Positions 51,501 to 60,294 of a stretch of 64,000 bases of DNA are shown piece by piece. Both the position numbers and the translations under genes were made by a program. Each line of letters opens with the position of its first letter. The stretch's first letter is position 1. The DNA comes from Phoronis australis (taxonomy: Eukaryota; Animalia; Phoronida): positions 804,535-868,534 of the forward strand of contig NMRA01000088.1 of NCBI GenBank assembly GCA_002633005.1. Reading direction: 5' to 3'. Under the pieces are notes generated by a model. That model did not search any database. It saw only the letters and a program-made list of their open reading frames with translations, and was not told the origin of the DNA.

Positions 51501-54500
51501 TTCTTCGATTGGTGACATGTCACTATAATAGTTTAATGGTTACAAATTTTTTATTACATTCATTTTTTATGTTTTCATTTTGTACTAAAGGTGACCGACG
51601 ATACATTCTAACAAACAGTCATAATTTGTTTCTGGAAGGTTCCACATGGAATGTTCCATGAGTTACACACGAATGGTGGAACCATTTGTCGAATGGCTCA
51701 TGTATAATACAGTTCACGCCATAAGTAATCGTACAAAATACCGTTTCCCCCGTCATGGTGGATAATGACCCATGATGATGGGTATTCTAGCAACTGAGAT
51801 GGTGAATTCCACTTGCGCTCAGTCGTCGTGACGGGGGAATTCTGGGTAATTTTGTCCGATCATTTTTTATGTGTGCTGTAGCTAGAGGAAGTGATAGCCA
51901 GCAGGAGACTACTGAGTCTCTGGCTTTGTAATACTGTAATAGACTGGCATGATGTTTTGTTACTAGGCACTGCTATCCCAGAAGGCTCCACTGCGTACGT
52001 GTTGACCCAAGACAATGCCGACTTCTGGATCTGGAACGCCAGCTCTGGAGAGCGCTTCAATTATCGAAACAACTACTGCCCTCTGTTGAGTGTTGGTTGT
52101 GTTGTCAACCATGAGAATGTAAGAATTTTGCATGGCTCGTAGATTCCTTCGAGAGATTTATTCATACATTATGATATTGAAAAGCTGAAAAACACTTGTG
52201 CTGTCTTTTAAGTCCTCTTAAGTCCTCTGTTTTAGTCTGGAATGTATTTTTGATTTTAATTTAGAGGTTTTTTGATGTGGCAAGTTGGCATTTCTAATTT
52301 TACACAATCACACTGTAGCCCCAATGGAGTTCATTGCTATTTTTTGGTCAGATTTGATGCTACCAAATTGACTAACTACTGTTAGAAAGTGTCAATGTGG
52401 ACTTGGTCCAGTTACCATCTCATGAATCTTTAAGGGTGGCAACTGAGAAAACAGTTCGTAATGGTGTAATCAAAATGTCGTCTCATAACAGTTCAGTGGT
52501 AGTAAAAGTGAGGAAAAACATACAGTAAGTCTCCACTTATTTTGCACAAATTAAATTCAATATTGTTTACTGATAATCGAGGTGTGTCGAATAAACCAAA
52601 TAATTAACAGATTTGGTAGTTGACGGGTGTGTGAAATTAAGTGAGTAAGCAAGCACAGCAAACAGGCCATTTGTGAATTTTTCAAATTGATAATTTGTGG
52701 CGTGCGAAATGAGGTGAGTGTGCAAAATAAGTGGAGAATTACTGTAGTTCGAAATCGTCCCTAGTTATTGTCATTTTTAGTGTACAAAACATTCTCTCTC
52801 TTGCAGTTCCCCCTCCCCTGAAACAGTTTTTTTATATGTTGCGTATAGGTTATTTCCAACAGAAGAATTATTAGCGGCTATTTACCTTTCCCTCCACCGT
52901 ACATATCGTGTGCTTTTGAATGTCGATTGTTATGGTTGATCGCTTACTGTGACATATGACTTCTCAGTTGGTTTTGTGTTGACTTCAGACATTGTCATGC
53001 AAATGCATACTATGAGCTTGTAATATGCCGTGCTTTTAATAAAAGTTTTTGTCTGTCTGCAGATCTGGGCCAACATCCAACCCGTGGACCAGCCGGCGCG
53101 TATGACCTTTAACCTGGCTGACACAGGTGCGTGGAAGCCTTTCTTCCACAAAGGTAACCCTGACCCTGGACTGACCAGTGTGCAGGTAGGATTTGGGAGC
53201 TGAATTCTTCCCTCCTTCGTATAGAGCTTGGTTACCAGTGAGGCCCAGTTTAAATTCAGAAGCTATTTTGAGAAAATAACCTCCGCTGAAATATGGTGTG
53301 AAGGCGCAGGTCATGTGATTGGGAAGGTGCAGGTCATGTAATTGGGAAGGCACAGGTCATGTGATTGGGAAGGGGCAGGCCGTGTGATTGGTGACCAGGA
53401 CAGTAAGAAGCCTGTTATGTCACAAATCTTTTGGATGTGTCAGTACCTGTGTGTACCATACGCAAAATGTAATTGTGTATTCGTAAGGAAATTCGGCCTT
53501 GAAGTTGCCTTTGCTTCCAAAAATCTCAAGCTAAAAGAATAAGGTTGTAAAACGTTATCAACAAGTCTGTGAAATAAGCTCAGAATGTCATCATGTGTTT
53601 TATGGTTTTGACAGATGTGCACTGGGATACCAATGAAGAAAAATTCTCTTTCATTTAATTTTTTGAGAAATTTGACAAAATAAAATCATACTTGTCCACC
53701 ATATCGTGTCTAACTGGAAGATACTATCACTGACACAATCAAGTGTCCACACAACCATCCTCGCACATTATGTGTAAGCTGGTCTTCCACGGTTATTTCA
53801 GCCGGACCACCTAGTGTACGTGCCGACGGAGAAAAACTATGTCCTTGACCTTCAGGACAAGATTGAGAAGATCCTACGCGACAAGTTTATGCAGGTTTGG
53901 CGGACGAGTCAGATCACGCGATGGAACAGGTTTTGCACGCAGACGTTTCGCACACTTCTTTCTAAGTAAGTGACTAGTGGTGTTGAGGCTTTATATGGGG
54001 GGTGTAGAGGGGTCTTGGTGAATACTTCGCACACTTCTTTCTATGTAAGTGACTAGTAGGTGTTGAGGCTTTATATGGGGGGTGTAGAGGGGTCTTGGTG
54101 AATACTTCGCACACTTCTTTCTATGTAAGTGACTATTGGTGTTGAGGCTTTGTCTGGGGGGTGTAGAGGGGTCTTGGTGAATACCCTGAAACTTATTGAA
54201 CACTGTCTCTTATTTGATAACCAAGTGTAAACCCTAAAGAAACACAACTCTTGTGAGAGAACAAAAGTGTTTCTGGCTTTATCAAATTTCTAGTTCTATT
54301 GTAAGATGAGTTGACAGGGACGAAATGCATTCAGGGACATAGTGAGACATTGGATATTTTTGTGTGAGTTGTTTGAATAGCTCACCTCCGCAACAGTGGC
54401 AATTTGACGGTATGATGGTCCCAGAGAATTTATACATAAGGCTGGGAAATATTCTATTCATTAAATCCATATTAGAAATAATGCAGAAAACTGCCAACCA

Positions 54501-57228
54501 ACAACCCTAACGCCATCTATCAACAAGGCGTATTGCAACATGTCATCACTATATCAGAAAATGTGGTTGTGACTTAGACTTTTCGTTGTGGTAGTGTCAT
54601 AGTGTCACTCGTGTAACCCGTGTTTAATCTGGATTCGAGTCTTGTCTTATTCTTGGTTTTTGGTCTGTCTGCAACAACAGCCAAGTGACGAAGCTGTCCG
54701 GACATTCAGTTGGCCACGTCTTGTTTATGCATTCATTTACACTGAGCAGTCACAGTGAACATATTCAATAGTGAGTCGGTCAATGTGATCCTTCAACGAT
54801 AGTGAATGTAGAGACGAAATGTGGGGAAACCCATTGTGCCATTTACATCGCATCACTTAACTGTTGTTGCGCATCATTTGCACAGTTAATAAAGGCCAGG
54901 GGAACAGAAACGCTGAAATTTTTCTACAGGATAACCTAGAATTCTCATTTTCAGTAAAAATAGTAAATATGTACCAAAACCGTTGGCTTTTCTCTTAATT
55001 TATGTAAGCATGCATACTAGGGTGTAGGTTTATGATGGATTGACTAGATGACGCTGCAAACATTAAGGTTTTTTTCTTGTATTTAGCAACTAGAAGTTGT
55101 GTCACATAAAACAGTTAGAATTTGGTATTACCTAACAGGCCATTAGGTACATCCTGTAATTTGGTATTGCATAACAGGCTATTAGGTACATCCTGTAATT
55201 TGGTATTGAGTAACAGGTTATTAGGTACATCCTGTTATACAACTTCCATCCACAAGGGCATCTTTACTCACTGTTGTTTACTGCTCAACTGCGATGCTTA
55301 TGACTAAGAAAATTATTTTGACATTCGCCAATCTAATAACGCCAAAAGTGTTACTATTCTACAATGAGTTGCAGTGCGGACATGAAAAAATTCCATGATG
55401 AAATTCACTGAGATTCATTATACTGTTCTCTACCTTGCTCACCTCAAAGTAATTATTAACAAATATGCACTTTTCTACCTCTGCAAGAAAGAGGGGTGAA
55501 TTCGGGTTGTGGCTACTCTGTTTCTGCAGTGCAACTTTTCTCCTTACACTGGTCCACCTTTTTGTTTTAGACTGGAAGGTGCTCATGGAACTAGTGTGGG
55601 GGATCATCACATGACTGAACTGAACAATGTTCTGGGCTCGTATAAGGTGAGTGGTCACTTGGTGTATTGTAACGACTTGTTGTGCTGTTTATGAAATACG
55701 TTGAAGTATTGCTCTTTGTGTGAGGATAAACTGCAAGGTTTTGACACTTTTCCAGACTCCCTGCTGCATCACAATTCATTTATATCTTTAAAGAAAAACT
55801 GCAGGTAGTATGATACATATTGCACAGACGCGCGAAGGGCGCTCGGCCAAGCCCATTGCACCAGGCACCTCAAAACTTTCTTTGTTTACTAATATTCACA
55901 TATACACATATGCATAGATTAAGATTGAGGTGAGGAGCTAGAGAGGTCTAAGTCAAGGGTCTAATAGTGAGGGTACAGTGGGATTTGTTAGCATGACCTT
56001 GAGAAGAGGAGGAGGTCACTCAAGCCACTTGGCCACATTGCCTCCTCTTGATGTCAAATTTGGTTGTCAAAAAATCTGCGGATGTGTCCACTTACAAACT
56101 CGAATGAATGGCGATAATGGCACTGAATTGTCTTGTTACTGAACAGCACACACATGTAATTAGAAAGTAAAGGTACGCCTTAAATATGTTATTAAAGAAC
56201 TACAACTGAGTAGAAACAGTTCCACCTACAAACTTGAACTCAATCACTACGTGGCGAGACTGTCTCGTCCACATCAAATCAGCGGTCAAAAGTTGTTCGG
56301 CTAGAGGACAGTTTCCGAGAAATAGAGACAGAAAGCATGGATGCTTTGCAAATTGCCTTTGATATTACAAAATAATATGTTTTTTCATCTAAAAATACCC
56401 CCTGGTTACACGTGGAGATAATGTGAGCGGATCTAAGTAAGATAATGTGCCAGTGTTTGTTTATAAAGTCTATGAACTTAAATCAAAGGAATGGTTTTCA
56501 AAAAAGGGATTTTTAGGATGAAAACAGAATTCGTAGTGGAATACAGCATGTTAATTAAAATGAGATTTTCGTTATGTTTTATCGCATTTTGCTCATGTAT
56601 ACTAGCCTTCATCTATGAGATGGTTTTGTGGACGCCACTCATATTTGGATCGGAATTGACAGAATTTGTATTGGACATTGTGAACGTTTATATACCATTG
56701 GTCATTAGATAGTGAAATTTCAGCTGTAAACTTAGTGAGTAAATTGTCGTGATAAGCCATACACTTTCATTCTTGTATTAAAACAATTTGAGTAGAAAGA
56801 TTTAACATTTACATTTCTTAGTTTTGGACACGACTTTGATAAATTAATACAACTCGTATAATACAGAACCTAGGTTCTTTTGTGTCTGCCAGAATATTTT
56901 AATTGTTGACACTAGACAAGTACAGTTTGTTTTGTGAAGTTTTCATTGAAACAACTTAGCATTATAACAAATTTAGTTCTACGCCCTTTTGTTGAGCATT
57001 TCTGTGTTTTCACTTTTTTCTTTCTCGACTTTTCAGTTGTGTGGCTTCCCCATCAATCTACCTTTCACAGAGATCGACTCTATCGTCGAGGCAGTCTACT
57101 CTACAGGAGTCTGGGACAACGACAGTCCCAATGCCGAGTTCTCATTGGCCGTCCACATTCACCCCTATCCCAACTCGGTGCTGTCCGTGTGGATATACGT
57201 CGCCGCACTCATCAGGAATCAGCGTTAA
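426..57228 (+). CDS. CC2D2A: Coiled-coil and C2 domain-containing protein 2A (MKS6/JBTS9), spliced gene, 5' end lies upstream of the window; 35 coding exons found
   Basis: 35 AG/GT-bounded exons join with consistent phases into 4674 nt ending at TAA 57226-57228. Motifs match CC2D2A as I recall it: [71 protein letters not shown]2 motif [27 protein letters not shown], and the terminal [26 protein letters not shown]. Confidence 0.96.
730..870. mobile_element. Partial copy of the TA-flanked MITE family seen at 52521-52746
   Basis: tacggtaattccccacttgtttcgcacaaaataaa...aatcggggtgtgccaaataaac resembles the left end of the 52.5 kb element. Confidence 0.55.
1481..1579 (+). CDS. CC2D2A: CC2D2A exon ([14 protein letters not shown]...RVSPTK), phase 0-0
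   Basis: aatag| acceptor, |gtaggt donor (alternative in-frame |gttagt after 1564), 99 nt open, charged composition. Confidence 0.65.
3184..3617. mobile_element. MITE with about 30-bp TIRs (AGATGCTATGTCTCATTAAA...), Kolobok-like
   Basis: Perfect 20-bp terminal inverted repeat extending imperfectly to about 30 bp; AG...CT termini; flanks TTTA and TTAA. Confidence 0.8.
3652..4179 (+). mobile_element. About 520-bp dispersed non-autonomous element (family A), TTAA-flanked, Kolobok-like
   Basis: Ends ttaagtttatgtgggacc ... gatcctatcataaccgtaa; internal blocks shared with copies near 1739-2030, 5235-5655, 7090-7510, 8705-8890, 9503-10034, 26044-26566, 30459-30884, 44062-44544. Confidence 0.7.
4892..8587. 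repeat. About 1.85-kb near-identical tandem duplication split by a single n (4892-6728 / 6730-8587)
   Basis: Colinear copies differing by scattered SNPs and short indels; n at 6729 exactly at the junction. Confidence 0.9.
9503..10034 (-). mobile_element. Family A element, reverse orientation
   Basis: Ends ...gccatttctgagat...ctgaagttggccaaa...gggtactacataaccttaa; a partial copy of the other end lies at 8705-8890 (ttaaggttatgtcgga...). Confidence 0.7.
10826..11053. repeat. Foldback with about 100-bp imperfect arms and about 23-nt loop
   Basis: 10826-10928 is the reverse complement of 10952-11053 (e.g. catcttggttctgcattca / tgaatgcagaaccaagatg). Confidence 0.85.
12112..12309 (+). CDS. CC2D2A: CC2D2A exon ([20 protein letters not shown]...QEAQ)
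   Basis: tatag|...|gtacat, 198 nt; [14 protein letters not shown] resembles vertebrate EEAYNFFTFNFDPE. Confidence 0.88.
12803..13090. repeat. CT-rich low-complexity tract containing an 89-n gap (12942-13030)
   Basis: Nearly pure C/T sequence either side of the N run. Confidence 0.9.
15671..16445. mobile_element. hAT-type MITE with 8-bp target-site duplication
   Basis: TIRs CAGGCCTTT...AAAGGCCTG flanked by tggccaca and tggccata. Confidence 0.75.
15936..16240. mobile_element. TA-flanked MITE nested in the hAT element
   Basis: Inverted arms tagtcggtgggccagat...tgtgagtactttagggggg and ccccccaaagtactcaca...atctggcccaccgacta; TA-rich flanks. Confidence 0.7.
16616..16689 (+). pseudogene. tRNA-like sequence (pseudo-tRNA or SINE-type head), one of two divergent units in a palindromic element
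   Basis: GTCCCGA/TTGGGGC-A acceptor stem, A box TAGCTCAGTGG, degenerate B box GTTTGAGTCC; mismatched anticodon and T stems, so unlikely a functional tRNA. Confidence 0.7.
17462..17535. repeat. (TG)n microsatellite
   Basis: tgtgtg... with TGCG and TA interruptions. Confidence 0.95.
17929..18071. repeat. Foldback with about 62-bp imperfect arms and 17-nt loop
   Basis: tctcctaagttc / gaacttaggaga, cattctagc / gctagaatg, tggcttc / gaagcca, gtgcta / tagcac. Confidence 0.8.
21118..21552. mobile_element. Dispersed non-autonomous element (family B)
   Basis: Starts TTAA-GGCTA; its right end (gaaatttgacaaaat...cttgtcggccata) recurs near 1400-1441, 14750-14795, 23665-23712 and 53667-53713, and its left part is found inverted at about 28725-28898. 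Confidence 0.6.
23027..23087 (+). CDS. CC2D2A: CC2D2A exon ([20 protein letters not shown]), phase 0-1
   Basis: ttgtag|...|gttggt, 61 nt; supplies the phase change needed to reach the next exon. Confidence 0.75.
23928..24053 (+). CDS. CC2D2A: CC2D2A exon (VESILDVDV...YYVPSVLG), phase 1-1
   Basis: cttgtag|...|gtgggt, 126 nt, in frame with both neighbours. Confidence 0.85.
24658..24812. repeat. Small inverted-repeat element (MITE-like)
   Basis: attagaggtgatttttggg ... cccagaaatcacctccaat, with further imperfect pairing inside. Confidence 0.6.
25416..25558 (+). CDS. CC2D2A: CC2D2A exon ([23 protein letters not shown]...[11 protein letters not shown]), phase 1-0
   Basis: atcag|...|gtagga; conserved [10 protein letters not shown] and ENRLL motifs. 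Confidence 0.92.
25867..26009 (+). CDS. CC2D2A: Second, apparently identical copy of the 25416-25558 exon (probable alternate haplotype)
   Basis: Block 25292-25743 is repeated at 25745-26194 across a single n; a few differences, all intronic. Confidence 0.6.
26044..26566 (-). mobile_element. Family A element, reverse orientation
   Basis: Same internal blocks (ctgaaactagaaag, ggtcacgtgatc, ggccatttctgagat, gaagttggccaaa); ends gggtcctatatagctttaa. Confidence 0.7.
27040..27162 (+). CDS. CC2D2A: CC2D2A exon ([17 protein letters not shown]...TEYKK)
   Basis: ttcag|...|gtacgt, 123 nt; WFGxDGR motif. Confidence 0.93.
28212..28421 (+). CDS. CC2D2A: CC2D2A exon (AVVDEFDG...YQLDVDV...[15 protein letters not shown]...YLIDK)
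   Basis: ctgtag|...|gtatga, 210 nt; conserved FSREHVLA motif. Confidence 0.94.
28898..29031 (+). CDS. CC2D2A: CC2D2A exon (LQALKAASV...DYKYEIR), phase 0-2
   Basis: ttttgcag|...|gtacaa, 134 nt; coiled-coil-like; phase fits. Confidence 0.9.
29746..29886 (+). CDS. CC2D2A: CC2D2A exon (QARKARNAE...[12 protein letters not shown]...KLQIRK), phase 2-2
   Basis: ttcag|...|gtgagt, 141 nt. Confidence 0.92.
30459..30884 (+). mobile_element. Family A element
   Basis: ttaagggtatgtaggac...ttggccatcttcggaac..atctcagaaatggt...gataaggtccttcata. Confidence 0.7.
31007..31163 (+). CDS. CC2D2A: CC2D2A coiled-coil exon (ENTNKELEE...KKQKKAK), phase 2-0
   Basis: ctgcag|...|gtagcg, 157 nt; E/K/Q-rich coiled coil. 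Confidence 0.9.
31951..32058 (+). CDS. CC2D2A: CC2D2A exon ([11 protein letters not shown]...EKER)
   Basis: ttgccag|...|gtgagt, 108 nt, phase 0-0. Confidence 0.87.
32344..32543 (+). CDS. CC2D2A: CC2D2A exon (EEELQDQQ...[13 protein letters not shown]...QCPK), phase 0-2
   Basis: gtcag|...|gtaggt, 200 nt; PxLxPEL..ITP..QCP motif. Confidence 0.92.
33522..33614 (+). CDS. CC2D2A: CC2D2A exon (FEVARREEV...[16 protein letters not shown]), start of N-terminal C2-like domain
   Basis: ttccag|...|gtaggt, 93 nt, phase 2-2; KVLFNNK motif. Confidence 0.93.
34576..34660 (+). CDS. CC2D2A: CC2D2A exon ([28 protein letters not shown])
   Basis: tacag|...|gtgagt, 85 nt, phase 2-0; DFRVxFxQIFN..WPES motif. Confidence 0.93.
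35065..35221 (+). CDS. CC2D2A: CC2D2A exon (IFEARG...[18 protein letters not shown])
   Basis: ttgcag|...|gtaagt, 157 nt, phase 0-1. Confidence 0.93.
35369..35519 (+). CDS. CC2D2A: CC2D2A exon (VPFGFLE...[25 protein letters not shown]...)
   Basis: tacag|...|gtaggt, 151 nt, phase 1-2. Confidence 0.92.
36312..36450 (+). CDS. CC2D2A: CC2D2A exon (AMKMVDAL...[19 protein letters not shown])
   Basis: catag|...|gtaggt, 139 nt, phase 2-0; LDPNDP motif. Confidence 0.93.
37349..37558 (+). CDS. CC2D2A: CC2D2A exon ([25 protein letters not shown]...DLFD)
   Basis: ctcaag| acceptor (the only nearby in-frame AG), |gtaagg donor, 210 nt. Confidence 0.9.
38110..38202 (+). CDS. CC2D2A: CC2D2A exon (VYEKKAKE...[11 protein letters not shown])
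   Basis: ttcag|...|gtgggt, 93 nt. Confidence 0.9.
38992..39130 (+). CDS. CC2D2A: Second copy of exon 36312-36450 (probable alternate haplotype)
   Basis: Same protein with one synonymous change (CTC/CTG); starts just after a 645-n gap. Confidence 0.6.
40027..40236 (+). CDS. CC2D2A: Second copy of exon 37349-37558 (probable alternate haplotype)
   Basis: Same protein; synonymous GGT/GGC and GAG/GAA differences. Confidence 0.6.
40788..40880 (+). CDS. CC2D2A: Second copy of exon 38110-38202 (probable alternate haplotype)
   Basis: Apparently identical sequence and splice sites. Confidence 0.6.
41226..41364. repeat. 68-bp tandem duplication
   Basis: aatgacgtacaatacc...agctgtgctcagcactcttac twice with two mismatches. 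Confidence 0.9.
41544..41635 (+). CDS. CC2D2A: CC2D2A exon ([12 protein letters not shown]...EDEVPNIG)
   Basis: tacag|...|gtgagt, 92 nt, phase 0-2. Confidence 0.92.
42155..42325 (+). CDS. CC2D2A: CC2D2A exon ([34 protein letters not shown]), start of the canonical C2 domain
   Basis: ttgcag|...|gtgggt, 171 nt, phase 2-2. Confidence 0.93.
42829..42892 (+). CDS. CC2D2A: CC2D2A small exon ([21 protein letters not shown]), variable loop in the C2 domain
   Basis: ttttag|...|gtatgt, 64 nt; required phase 2-0 bridge between flanking exons. Confidence 0.82.
43306..43415 (+). CDS. CC2D2A: CC2D2A C2-domain exon ([12 protein letters not shown]...[15 protein letters not shown])
   Basis: ctcag|...|gttaac, 110 nt; NPxWNE C2 motif. 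Confidence 0.94.
44062..44544 (+). mobile_element. Family A element
   Basis: aaggttctgtagccc...tcacatgacc...ttggctag...taaggtactacgtaacctgaa. Confidence 0.65.
44816..44912 (+). CDS. CC2D2A: CC2D2A exon ([14 protein letters not shown]...[12 protein letters not shown])
   Basis: ttcag|...|gtacgt, 97 nt, phase 2-0. Confidence 0.93.
45411..45509 (+). CDS. CC2D2A: CC2D2A exon (DDRQRG...[19 protein letters not shown])
   Basis: ctcag|...|gtaggt, 99 nt. Confidence 0.93.
46544..46753 (+). CDS. CC2D2A: CC2D2A exon ([17 protein letters not shown]...FITMEPQL...KEK)
   Basis: tacag|...|gtatgg, 210 nt. Confidence 0.93.
49592..49795 (+). CDS. CC2D2A: CC2D2A exon ([10 protein letters not shown]...[23 protein letters not shown]...)
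   Basis: cttag|...|gtgagt, 204 nt. Confidence 0.93.
50087..50291. repeat. 22-bp minisatellite (tgtgaataacatgtgcccaaaa), about 9 copies
   Basis: Direct head-to-tail units without spacers. Confidence 0.95.
50831..50920 (+). CDS. CC2D2A: CC2D2A exon ([12 protein letters not shown]...DIWSTCD)
   Basis: tacag|...|gtgagt, 90 nt. Confidence 0.94.
51366..51462 (+). CDS. CC2D2A: CC2D2A exon ([21 protein letters not shown]...AWLVLG), inactive transglutaminase-like domain
   Basis: ttcag|...|gtaagt, 97 nt; [10 protein letters not shown] signature of the CC2D2A/CEP76 family. Confidence 0.95.
51967..52118 (+). CDS. CC2D2A: CC2D2A exon ([13 protein letters not shown]...[14 protein letters not shown])
   Basis: actag|...|gtaaga, 152 nt, phase 1-0. 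Confidence 0.94.
52521..52746. mobile_element. Tc1/mariner-pogo-type MITE, 26-bp TIRs, TA target duplication
   Basis: TA|CAGTAAGTCTCCACTTATTTTGCACA ... TGTGCAAAATAAGTGGAGAATTACTG|TA, one mismatch. Confidence 0.85.
53063..53185 (+). CDS. CC2D2A: CC2D2A exon (IWANIQ...WKPFF...LTSVQ)
   Basis: ctgcag|...|gtagga, 123 nt. Confidence 0.94.
53301..53391. repeat. 23-bp minisatellite (aaggcgcaggtcatgtgattggg), about 4 copies
   Basis: Direct tandem units. Confidence 0.9.
53802..53965 (+). CDS. CC2D2A: CC2D2A exon (PDHLVY...[12 protein letters not shown]...[17 protein letters not shown])
   Basis: ttcag|...|gtaagt, 164 nt, phase 0-2. Confidence 0.93.
53947..54184. repeat. 79-80-bp tandem repeat, 3 copies, overlapping an exon 3' end and splice donor
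   Basis: Units start at 53947, 54026 and 54106 with ttcgcacacttctttcta(a/t)gtaagtgact. Confidence 0.92.
55119..55235. repeat. 39-bp tandem repeat, 3 copies
   Basis: aatttggtatt...taacagg..attaggtacatcctgt repeated. Confidence 0.9.
55571..55646 (+). CDS. CC2D2A: CC2D2A exon (LEGAHG...[10 protein letters not shown])
   Basis: ttttag|...|gtgagt, 76 nt, phase 2-0. Confidence 0.9.
57037..57228 (+). CDS. CC2D2A: CC2D2A last coding exon ([10 protein letters not shown]...[10 protein letters not shown])
   Basis: ttcag| acceptor, ends in TAA; closely resembles the vertebrate CC2D2A C-terminus. Confidence 0.95.
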   Translation: MCGFPINLPFTEIDSIVEAVYSTGVWDNDSPNAEFSLAVHIHPYPNSVLSVWIYVAALIRNQR

Positions 57229-59829
57229 AAGGATACTAAGCCTTGTTTTGGTGATTTCAACCAATCCTCTTTCTGCCACGTAATAATGCACCATTGGTGT
57301 CCCACTTGGGTGACAAAAGCAGGATTCAACTAAAAACTCGTACTTTTTTGTCACAGATAGAATATTATGGTACCTGGTTGGTGGTCTTTCCCCACAGTTG
57401 CCGTGTAACTCGCCTAAAGCACAGGTCACACTTGCCCACATAGCAGACTTTCTAAGGATTTTTCAAATTTTGCTAGAAATATTTGAGGGTTGTCGAAGGC
57501 TACTGACAGAACATTTTTTGTTTCAGCGGACTAGATGAAAATGTCATTTTGAAATATCTGTAAATAGGCCAAAACTGGGTTTGGTATACTTTTAAGCTAG
57601 GGAAGAACATATGCGACTATTCCAGAGTGTCTGTTTGAAATTATCCAATTTTTTTATTGAATTTTCTTAATACATCAGTTGGTAGACCGTCTCAACGTAA
57701 TTGAGTTACACTAGGAGACAAAAGTAGTCAGACAAAATACCATTTCCCGTCATGACGACCGACTCTGTTTACAGCAAAAATAGTGGTAATAGCTGTTGCG
57801 GTGGCAACATTCTTATTGTAGTTTAGCCATGTTACTTTCTTGTTAGTTCCCCTTGTTCTTGGTCACGAGTAAGGATTACTCTGACGAGCAATTCAACTTT
57901 TGCCTAGCTACCATGATAGGAGAATCATAGAGGACATTGCATGTACTACAGCCTGTTACCACTCATTGTCATTCTTGGCCAGGTATTCCAAACAGGGACT
58001 TACAGGTCAATGTGGAACTTTGTGTTACCAGAGATTCTTTAGTGATTATCTTCATCTGTTTGAGGAAGGTAGTCGCCACTGTTTAATTCATTTGTTACAC
58101 ATAATTAGCAGTGATAATGATGGAGATTGCAATGTTTATCAAATGCACGCACTCACAGCTGAGGTGCTTCCAATGTCTCGCTAGCTTCATGAATGGTTGA
58201 CTGTTCTTGAAACCAGCCAGCAATATTTCGGTCATTGTAGTATGGTCTCCCATGTTGCAGTGACTTGAATTAAATAACCCTCAAGAATGCGGACACCGTG
58301 TTTGCTAGTGTCGCATACTTTTAAGCAAATGCTTAGATTCCAAGAACTTGTTGATAGAAGTTGGTGACCTATTTGTCATGCGATATTAATTTATTAATTT
58401 TTACAGATCTGAACTTCAGACACTTCTTCCTGTGTATTCACCAGTTTAGGTTGCTGAGAGTTCCACCAGTGAGAGACATTACCAAAACAGAAACATTTAC
58501 CGTTTTTACGGACAGTTCCAAAAAGTGAAGGTCAAGGCCATTCAGCTGTGGCGGCCATTTTGGTGGTGCTCCACCAGAAATTCAAAAATGACAGAAGATT
58601 CCTTATTTATTTGTGGTTGTTTTTAAAACATTTGGTTATGTAATGAAAGAGCATTATTTAGTTAAAAGCGTCGCCATATTCCTTTTACAAAGTTTTCAAG
58701 AAAAAAGCGACAAAATATTGCAGTGTTCAGTGAAACAGGTGCTTTTTACCAAATATTTTAGTGGTAGGTGGAGTGATCTTATTGAAGGCAACTCATTCAA
58801 CGACCGTCCATTCTTGTGCACTGTTGGATTAATCATTCCGTCCTTGCATTTAAAAGCTAAATATTGTAGTAAGACCATTTTCTATTTTTATTGAAGATGT
58901 GCGTGGTGGTATTCTGAGCCTTGTTTTAAGATATTTCTTCTATTTTGTACTTAAAAGTTTGTTTTGTTCCAACAAAATGTTGTATTGTATTACTGTATCG
59001 TGCTAATTTATTGCTGTTCCTAAGAACAAAATGCAAAATATATTTTTATGGAATCAATCTTTAGTCTTATTTTAAAATTTACAACAATAGTGTAATTGGC
59101 CTAAGTTGGACGCATACATGTCAAAATGTTTCCCAAAGTGAAAAATAATCAATGACAGAATTTGGAGATCAGTCCCACGACAGATTCGAATCCACAATGT
59201 GAACGGTAATGGTCCGTCTCTTTCAAATGGAGCTAAAAGCCAACGGGGCAAGTGGACTTATGTAATAAGCATATTTCAAGTTCCTGGACCTAAATTTGGT
59301 AAACAAGATGGCTAAAGTTTAAATTAAACCGATTGTTTTTAATGAAATGGATTGGAAAGAATCTTGATCTTTGGTTTGGGTACAAAAAAAACAAAGATGT
59401 GCTACCTTGCTGGTTCATATTTGTCCAGAGACCCTGATCGATTTTTTTCAAAGATTACTGACTAAGAGAATACAAGTGCAACTTTGGGGATTTTTGTGTG
59501 CGGATAAAAGATTAAGATTCATTTTGATGATAATGTCCTGCAAAAAACATTTTGACTTTAGCCATCTTATTCACCAAAACAGGGTCCAACAACTTTCTCA
59601 GGACTTCACTGAAGCTTTTTAAAATTGACTATTACATTATTCAAATTCACATCCTCTGACAAATTTTGCTAACCAGACGATGTTAGTTTCAAAATTTCAT
59701 TAGTTCATGAATGAGTACTGTATGATAAATGCAAAAGGAATGCTTACCTAACACAAAACCCATAAAATGTCAGTAAGCCATTCTTTCTGAACAGTACACA
59801 TCGGTACCAAAAAACACTAAAATTACAAT

Positions 59830-59835
59830 TTTATT
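59830..59835 (-). terminator. Candidate polyadenylation signal (AATAAA) of the nucleoredoxin-like gene
   Basis: tttatt on + about 460 nt past the stop codon; position only. Confidence 0.35.
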
Positions 59836-60294
59836 AAGAATGAACCCCAAATTAGAACTTGATACACTATCCAGTTGGCACAAATCATATGGACTACCAA
59901 CCTGTCAGTAAAATGTTGGTGTATAATGTATAATCTATGAAGGATATGGAGGGCTTTTTCATGACTCGTGAAATTGCCTTCTTGCCTTACGTGAACACAA
60001 AATTGGCTTTTTTAATATTCTGTTTCCCGTGATTTGAAAGTCGATGTGAATGTTGATTTTGCGTATTAGTCTGAATCTGTGAAGGTGAACAAAAATTGCT
60101 ATCTGGGCAACTGGAAGGGATATATGGAGTGGCAACCGAATTGTCAATACACAGAGTGCAGAATAGACAGCTACCTCGGGAAGAATGCGTATCTGTCCTG
60201 ATGCGCGAAGCTGTGAATCGTGAAATCAATAATTTCACTAGTGTGAACCATGACATTTAAATGGTTCATGTTATGATGCTTAACACAACACGTC

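Noticed and set aside
51366-52118. Transglutaminase/peptidase-like domain as a novel enzyme
   Set aside because: This is the known C-terminal domain of CC2D2A/CEP76 proteins; GDEEEH lacks the catalytic cysteine, as expected.
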